Shown here: positions 59,163-64,000 of the stretch, in pieces
Numbering within the stretch: position 1 is the stretch's first letter
How the letters are laid out: each line of letters begins with the position of its first letter
Assembly (NCBI GenBank): GCA_943787795.1
Contig: CALSNU010000003.1
Coordinates: forward strand, 448,001-512,000
Direction of reading: 5' to 3'
Length of the DNA: 64,000 nt
Source of the DNA: an uncultured bacterium
GTDB lineage: Bacteria > Planctomycetota > UBA1135 > GCA-002686595
Made by a program: the position numbers and the translations under genes
The notes under the pieces: generated by a model
What the model saw: only the letters and a program-made list of their open reading frames with translations
What the model was told of the DNA's origin: nothing
The model's database searches: none

Positions 59163-59398
59163 GGGTGCGCCCCGGGTGATCGGTCCTTGGGGATGTGGCG
59201 ACGCCGGTGGGTTTTGGTGGCTCACGGGGTGCGCCGTGGCCTGAGGCGGCGGGGCTCTCCCGCTGCCTGCGGGCGAGAGTTCACCGCCAGATGAGCCGAC
59301 GGATCGTCGCACCCGCGGCGCCCCATGGTCGGGGCGCGACAAGCAGGACGTGGAAGAGCTGCGACCACCCATCTTTCGCCGCCCGCTAGTCTGTGCCC

Positions 59399-60361
59399 AT
59401 GCGAATCGTCAGCTTGCTTCCGTCGTCCACGGAGATTGTCCACGTCCTCGGGCTCGACGCCGACCTCGTCGGGATCAGTCACGAGTGTGACTACCCGGCC
59501 TCGGTGACAGACAGGCCAGTCCTGACCTCCTCGAAGATCGATATCGGCCAGCTCTCAGGGGACATCGACCGCGACGTTCGCCGCGTCCTGACCGATGCCC
59601 TCGCGGTCTATGACGTGGACGCCGAGGGGCTCGAGCGGGCCAGGCCGGACGTCGTGCTGACCCAGGACCTGTGCGATGTCTGCGCGGTGTCGATCCGCGA
59701 CGTCGAGGCGGCGCTCCAGTCCATCGCGAGCGAGGGCGTCCAGCTTGTGAGCCTCCGGCCGACGCGGCTCGATGATCTTGACGGGGCCCATGGGGTCATG
59801 GGGGACATCGAGCGGGTGGCCGAGGCGCTCGGTGAGGCCGCCGAAGGGAAGCGAGTCGCGGATGGGCTGCGGGACCGGCTCAGCAGCCTGCGCCAGCGTG
59901 CCGCGGAGGCCGTGGGGGCGGCGAGCCGACCGCGCGTCCTCACCATCGAGTGGATCGATCCCGTGATGGTCGGCGGCACCTGGATGCCCGAGCTCGTTGA
60001 GATCGCGGGGGGGGCGGCTCTGGTCACCGAACCAGGCCAGCACGCGCCGACCCTGGACCGTGGCGCCCTCTCGGCCCTCGATCCCGAGGTCGTCCTCATC
60101 AAGCCCTGCGGCTTCGACCTGGAGCGCACGCGGCAGGAGCTCGGGACCCTCCACGAGCTCATCGAGTCCATGCCCTGGCGCGACAGCGCGAAGTCGAGGA
60201 CCTTCGTGGCGGACGGCAACGCCTTCTTCAATCGCCCGGGGCCGCGCCTCGTCGAGTCCGCGGAGATTCTCGCGGCCATGACTCACCCCTCGGCCTTTCC
60301 TGACCTGGTCGAACGTCATGGCGAGCACTACTTCCCGCTCCGCGCCGTGCCGTCCAGCTGA
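59399..60361 (+). CDS. BtuF-like cobalamin/iron-binding protein, no signal peptide
   Basis: MRIVSLLPSSTEIV, VGISHECDYP, QDLCDVCAV, PCGF, FNRPGPRL. Confidence 0.88.
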   Translation: MRIVSLLPSSTEIVHVLGLDADLVGISHECDYPASVTDRPVLTSSKIDIGQLSGDIDRDVRRVLTDALAVYDVDAEGLERARPDVVLTQDLCDVCAVSIRDVEAALQSIASEGVQLVSLRPTRLDDLDGAHGVMGDIERVAEALGEAAEGKRVADGLRDRLSSLRQRAAEAVGAASRPRVLTIEWIDPVMVGGTWMPELVEIAGGAALVTEPGQHAPTLDRGALSALDPEVVLIKPCGFDLERTRQELGTLHELIESMPWRDSAKSRTFVADGNAFFNRPGPRLVESAEILAAMTHPSAFPDLVERHGEHYFPLRAVPSS

Positions 60362-60390
60362 CAGGGTGCTCTTGCGGGGGGCGCCTCATG

Positions 60391-60468
60391 GGGGTGCCCT
60401 GACGGGGTGCCCTGAAGGCGTGCCCTGAAGGCATGCTCTGGCGGCATGCTCTGGCGGCATGCTCTGGC
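60391..60468. repeat. 13-nt intergenic tandem repeat with progressive drift, 6 copies
   Basis: ggggtgccctgac ggggtgccctgaa ggcgtgccctgaa ggcatgctctggc ggcatgctctggc ggcatgctctggc. Confidence 0.88.
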
Positions 60469-60723
60469 TGAGGCTACCTGGGGCCCGGGCTCCGTCGGAG
60501 GCAATCTCCTCGGTCGAAGTGTGGCCGCGACGGCGGGGAGGTCATCCAGCGATGCGCCCGCGCGGGTTGCAGAAAGCACGTGCTCTGTCAGGATCAGGGG
60601 CAGTCGCCGGCCAGCGCTCGGTGGAGACAAAGCCTGCTGCGCCACGGGCCAGAGCGCCTCGGGGGGGGATTCCCAAGGGTGCGCTGCACGACCGTTGGTC
60701 GTCGTCCCCCTGGGGGGAGCGGG

Positions 60724-63642
60724 TCACCGGGGCCCGTCGAAGCTCATCTCGTGCTCCTGGCCGGCCTGCACCTCGACGGATTGCGACTCAGTGCGTGCCG
60801 AGCCTTCTGTGGGTGCCCCTACAAGACTGAACCGGTGCCTCCCCGGGGCCAGGCCACTGAAGACCGCGCGGCCATCCACCACCTGCTTCAGCTGCGGTGT
60901 ACCTCCTCCCGGCGCGCGAGCCATGACCATGACACCCGCCGTGTCGCCACCCACTCGTACCGTGACGGTCCCGGCCTCGACGAAGCGTAGGTCGACGCCT
61001 TGGGTGATGGTCCCGGTCTCGACCACCATGGGCTCGGTCTCCACGGACCCATGGTCGTCGCTCTGCGCCTTCACCACCAGCTCAACGTCCCCGGCGACGC
61101 CGCGCAGGGAGTAGCGTCCCTCCTCATCCGTGCGGACGGGATCGGTGAGGTCCGCGCCGCTACTGATGACCTGGGCTCCTCCTATCGACGAGCCAACCAT
61201 CACGAACCCGATCGAGCGCTGCCCCCCTGCATCAGGCCGGCGAGCGGACACTCCGGCATCGACCACCGGCTTGCCGCTGGCGTCCACGACCCGTCCCTCG
61301 ATGAGGGTCACCGGCAGGTCCGCCTCGAAGCGGGTGTCGATGGCCTCCACCTCGACGTCGAAGCGATCGTCCATGACCCGCGTGGGGTGGCTGATGCGGA
61401 GCTCGTACGCCCCTTCGGTCACCGCGTCGAAGCGGAATTCGCCCCGGCCGTCCGTCTCGGTGTTCGGTCCCGCGGGGCCGAGCCCCAGCAGCGGGCCCCC
61501 CGGTCCGGAGCCCTCGGGCTTCGCCAGCACGACCCTCGCCCCGGCCAGGGGCTGACCGTTCTCGGTCACCACGCCCGTGACCACCACGCGGTTCGGCGCC
61601 AAGAGGGTCAGCTCGGTGACCGCGCCCTCGACGACCTTGGCCTCGGTCCAGCCCTGATCATCGCCGCCGCTGAGGCCGAGCCCGTCAAGGTCGAAGGAGA
61701 TCATCCCACCCTCGGCGGGCTCTTCGCCCACCCTGAAGCGCGCCGGCCCCGCCGAGAACGCGCCGAGGGTGACGGAGCCATCGGGACCCGTCCTCGCGGG
61801 CTCCCGCTTCTTGCTCCTGCGCCCGCCGCCCTGGCGGTACTCCACGACGGTGCCCGGGAGGGTGCGCCCGGTGGAGTCCACCACCGTCACAGCCACCCAG
61901 CCGGGGGCGGGGAGCCGGACGAGGTGCTCGGTGACCGTCCCCGAGGACGACACGCTCACAGGCCCCGTGCGTGTCTGCGGGTGATCGGGGTGGGAGACGA
62001 TCACGTCCACGGCCGCTCCCTCCTCCAAGGCGAGGACGCAGACACCCTCGTCGTCGGTCTCACCGCTCACAGAGGGTCCGGAGAGATCCACTGGCATGGG
62101 CAGATCCCCCGGGCCCTCGGAGCTCATGTTCATGCTCACGCGCCGCCTGATGGTCCGACTCCCGTTGGCGGCCGCAGGAACGTGCTCCGCCGACCGTACC
62201 TTGGCGCCTGGTAGCGGGTCACCCTCGGCGGTGAGCACCGTCACCCGCAGGGAGGCGCGGGAGAGGAGGCGCACCACACCGAGGGCGACCTGCTCATCCG
62301 GCTGGACCCGGACCTCACTCTTCCAGGGCGCCTTGCCCCGTGCCTTCACCTCGACCTTGAGGACCTGGCCGCCCGCCTGCGGGAAGAGGCGCTCCACGCG
62401 AGCGACCCCCCCGGCCAGCTCCTCATCCTCCTGGATGACCTGCGACGCCCAGTTGAAGCCCGCCAGCACCTCCGCGGACAGGAGCGGCTCCCCCTCCTCG
62501 TCCACCAGCCGCATCTCGACCGTGGCGCCCTCGCTGTAGGGGACTTTGACCCCGCGATCACCGGCACGGACCGTGACGCTGTTCGAGCGTTGGGACTGCC
62601 CGGGGAGGATCCCGCCGCCGAAGCCCTCGAGCTTGACCTTGTAGTCGGCTCCAGGATCGAGGCCGGTGAGGCGGAAGCGGCCGTCCGGCTCGACCCCGGC
62701 CTCTCGGTCCCCGGGGCCGCTACCGCTCCCCAGAGCCCAGAAGTCCTGGCCCGACCGGGTCGCCGAGACGCGCCAGGAGGCCGCCTCGTGCACCCCGGGG
62801 AGACCGGTGACCCACCCCTCGGCGACCCCGCCTTGATCGAGCGTGACCAGGATCCCCTCGACCTTGCCGCCGGCTCGGCTCAGCTCTCCGGTGAACTTCG
62901 CGGCGACGAACGCCTCGTGGCTCACCCTGTACTCGTACGGCCCCACGGCCTGGTCCGTGATCATGAAGCGGCCTTCCAGGTCAGACTTGACGCCCTCGGA
63001 CCAGCCGCCGGAGCCGAGGAGGAGATCCTCGATGCTGGAGTCCCTCGAGGACCGGATTCGCGCCCCGGCGACTCCCCTCCCTTCGCGGTTCACCACCCGC
63101 CCCATGAGCACGCCTCCCTGCACGAGGGTTAGCTCGCCGAGATCGAGCGTGGCGCCGGTCTCGAGGCGGAGCTCCCGCTCCAGCGTTACGTAGCCCGGGC
63201 AGGCCACCTCGAGCCGCGCCTTCCCGCCAGTCCCCTCCACCATGAAGCGGCCCTCGTCGTCGCAGATCCCGCTGGGTTCATCCGGGCGATCCCGGCCCCC
63301 GTAGAGCCTCACCTCGGCACCGGCGAGCACGCGGGCGGCAGCGCCCAGCACGCGCCCTTCGGCGGCGGCTGCGGCCTCCGCGCGGCTCTTGTCGGTCGCT
63401 GCCCCGATCGACGGAGCCGAGGAGGCCTCCGCCTCTGTCGCCTCCCGTCCAAGTTCCTCATCTCTGAGTGTCAGGGACGCGAGCTCAGGCGCCACAGCGT
63501 CTTCGCCGGCCGCATCCTGAGGGGGCGCCGCATCCACGGTTGACGCAGCGCCGTCGAGCGAGGCTGCAGGATCGCGGAGCAGGAGCGTGCCCGCCCCGAG
63601 GAGTCCGAGCGCGAGGGCCAGCAGGCAGAAGAGGAGGCGCAT
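60724..63642 (-). CDS. Membrane-anchored protein with multiple carboxypeptidase-regulatory-like (transthyretin-fold) domains
   Basis: Repeated G.V.D..G.P..GA.V....TD..G.F units; N-terminal hydrophobic anchor. Confidence 0.85.
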   Translation of the reverse strand: MRLLFCLLALALGLLGAGTLLLRDPAASLDGAASTVDAAPPQDAAGEDAVAPELASLTLRDEELGREATEAEASSAPSIGAATDKSRAEAAAAAEGRVLGAAARVLAGAEVRLYGGRDRPDEPSGICDDEGRFMVEGTGGKARLEVACPGYVTLERELRLETGATLDLGELTLVQGGVLMGRVVNREGRGVAGARIRSSRDSSIEDLLLGSGGWSEGVKSDLEGRFMITDQAVGPYEYRVSHEAFVAAKFTGELSRAGGKVEGILVTLDQGGVAEGWVTGLPGVHEAASWRVSATRSGQDFWALGSGSGPGDREAGVEPDGRFRLTGLDPGADYKVKLEGFGGGILPGQSQRSNSVTVRAGDRGVKVPYSEGATVEMRLVDEEGEPLLSAEVLAGFNWASQVIQEDEELAGGVARVERLFPQAGGQVLKVEVKARGKAPWKSEVRVQPDEQVALGVVRLLSRASLRVTVLTAEGDPLPGAKVRSAEHVPAAANGSRTIRRRVSMNMSSEGPGDLPMPVDLSGPSVSGETDDEGVCVLALEEGAAVDVIVSHPDHPQTRTGPVSVSSSGTVTEHLVRLPAPGWVAVTVVDSTGRTLPGTVVEYRQGGGRRSKKREPARTGPDGSVTLGAFSAGPARFRVGEEPAEGGMISFDLDGLGLSGGDDQGWTEAKVVEGAVTELTLLAPNRVVVTGVVTENGQPLAGARVVLAKPEGSGPGGPLLGLGPAGPNTETDGRGEFRFDAVTEGAYELRISHPTRVMDDRFDVEVEAIDTRFEADLPVTLIEGRVVDASGKPVVDAGVSARRPDAGGQRSIGFVMVGSSIGGAQVISSGADLTDPVRTDEEGRYSLRGVAGDVELVVKAQSDDHGSVETEPMVVETGTITQGVDLRFVEAGTVTVRVGGDTAGVMVMARAPGGGTPQLKQVVDGRAVFSGLAPGRHRFSLVGAPTEGSARTESQSVEVQAGQEHEMSFDGPR

Positions 63643-63817
63643 GGTGCGGGGAGGTACAGGACGGCGGGGAGGTACAGGACGGCGGGGGTGGGCGTGGACG
63701 AGCGTGGTACGGCAGAGCCGTCGGCGGGTTGGGCCTGAAGCTGCAGATCGTCCCGCGCTCCGCCCGTTGTGGGCCCCGGCCCTGAAGGGCGAAGCGGTTC
63801 AGGTCGCGTCCGCAGCT

Positions 63818-64000
63818 CTAGGCGTGGCAGAGCTGGTCGACGAGCTTGTTCAGGTCAGCCTTGTTCGTCTGGCAGAGCCGCACCATGTCGGAGAACGTGA
63901 CGTCGCGGGGGCCTCGCTCGGCCAGAAGGTCGAGCAGGCGGAGCCAGAGGGCCGAGGTCATCTCGGCGTCGGCGAGCGCACGGTGGAAGGTCCCGTCGCT
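63818..64000 (-). CDS. DEDDh 3'-5' exonuclease (DnaQ-like), C-terminal fragment
   Basis: Own translation SDGTFHRALADAEMTSALW...; HRALADA is the ExoIII motif. The 5' part lies beyond the window. Confidence 0.8.
   Translation of the reverse strand, partial: SDGTFHRALADAEMTSALWLRLLDLLAERGPRDVTFSDMVRLCQTNKADLNKLVDQLCHA

Noticed and set aside
59163..59398. Guanidine riboswitch (SMR) or cobalamin riboswitch (BtuF-like)
   Set aside because: No paired ACGR hairpins or B12-box could be found by eye, and the SMR looks Qac/EmrE-type.

Overview
High-GC bacterial chromosomal window with about 48 protein-coding loci. No rRNA, tRNA, CRISPR array or mobile element is recognisable. The gene content (PVC-type CxxCH heme protein, Tat-exported Gfo/Idh/MocA oxidoreductases, a DUF3352-like/GspG fusion, a repeated Cys-containing C-terminal domain on secreted proteins) suggests a Planctomycetota genome, possibly OM190/Pla133-like; this is an inference. 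Housekeeping genes include tsaC, a kinase plus sigma-54 regulator pair, moeA, mog, acnB, thrBC, a DEDDh exonuclease fragment and transporters. The most unusual items are: (1) a MamK-like actin with no other magnetosome genes in the window; (2) an unnamed ~80-aa C-terminal domain (RRIxKL...DEG...VY...FQANLDL) shared by the gene just upstream of the actin and a degenerate GGDEF protein 7.5 kb away, suggesting a cytoskeletal scaffold/signalling module; (3) a complete eukaryote-style type I protein arginine methyltransferase; (4) two related membrane-anchored HTH proteins with tandem-repeat linkers; (5) an ApbE / FGE-fold / two-Gfo cluster. Three single-base frameshifts in G-runs and two in-frame TAG codons in CTAG context (one at a family-typical Trp) point to systematic sequence error or context-specific mutation, so these broken genes may be intact in vivo.
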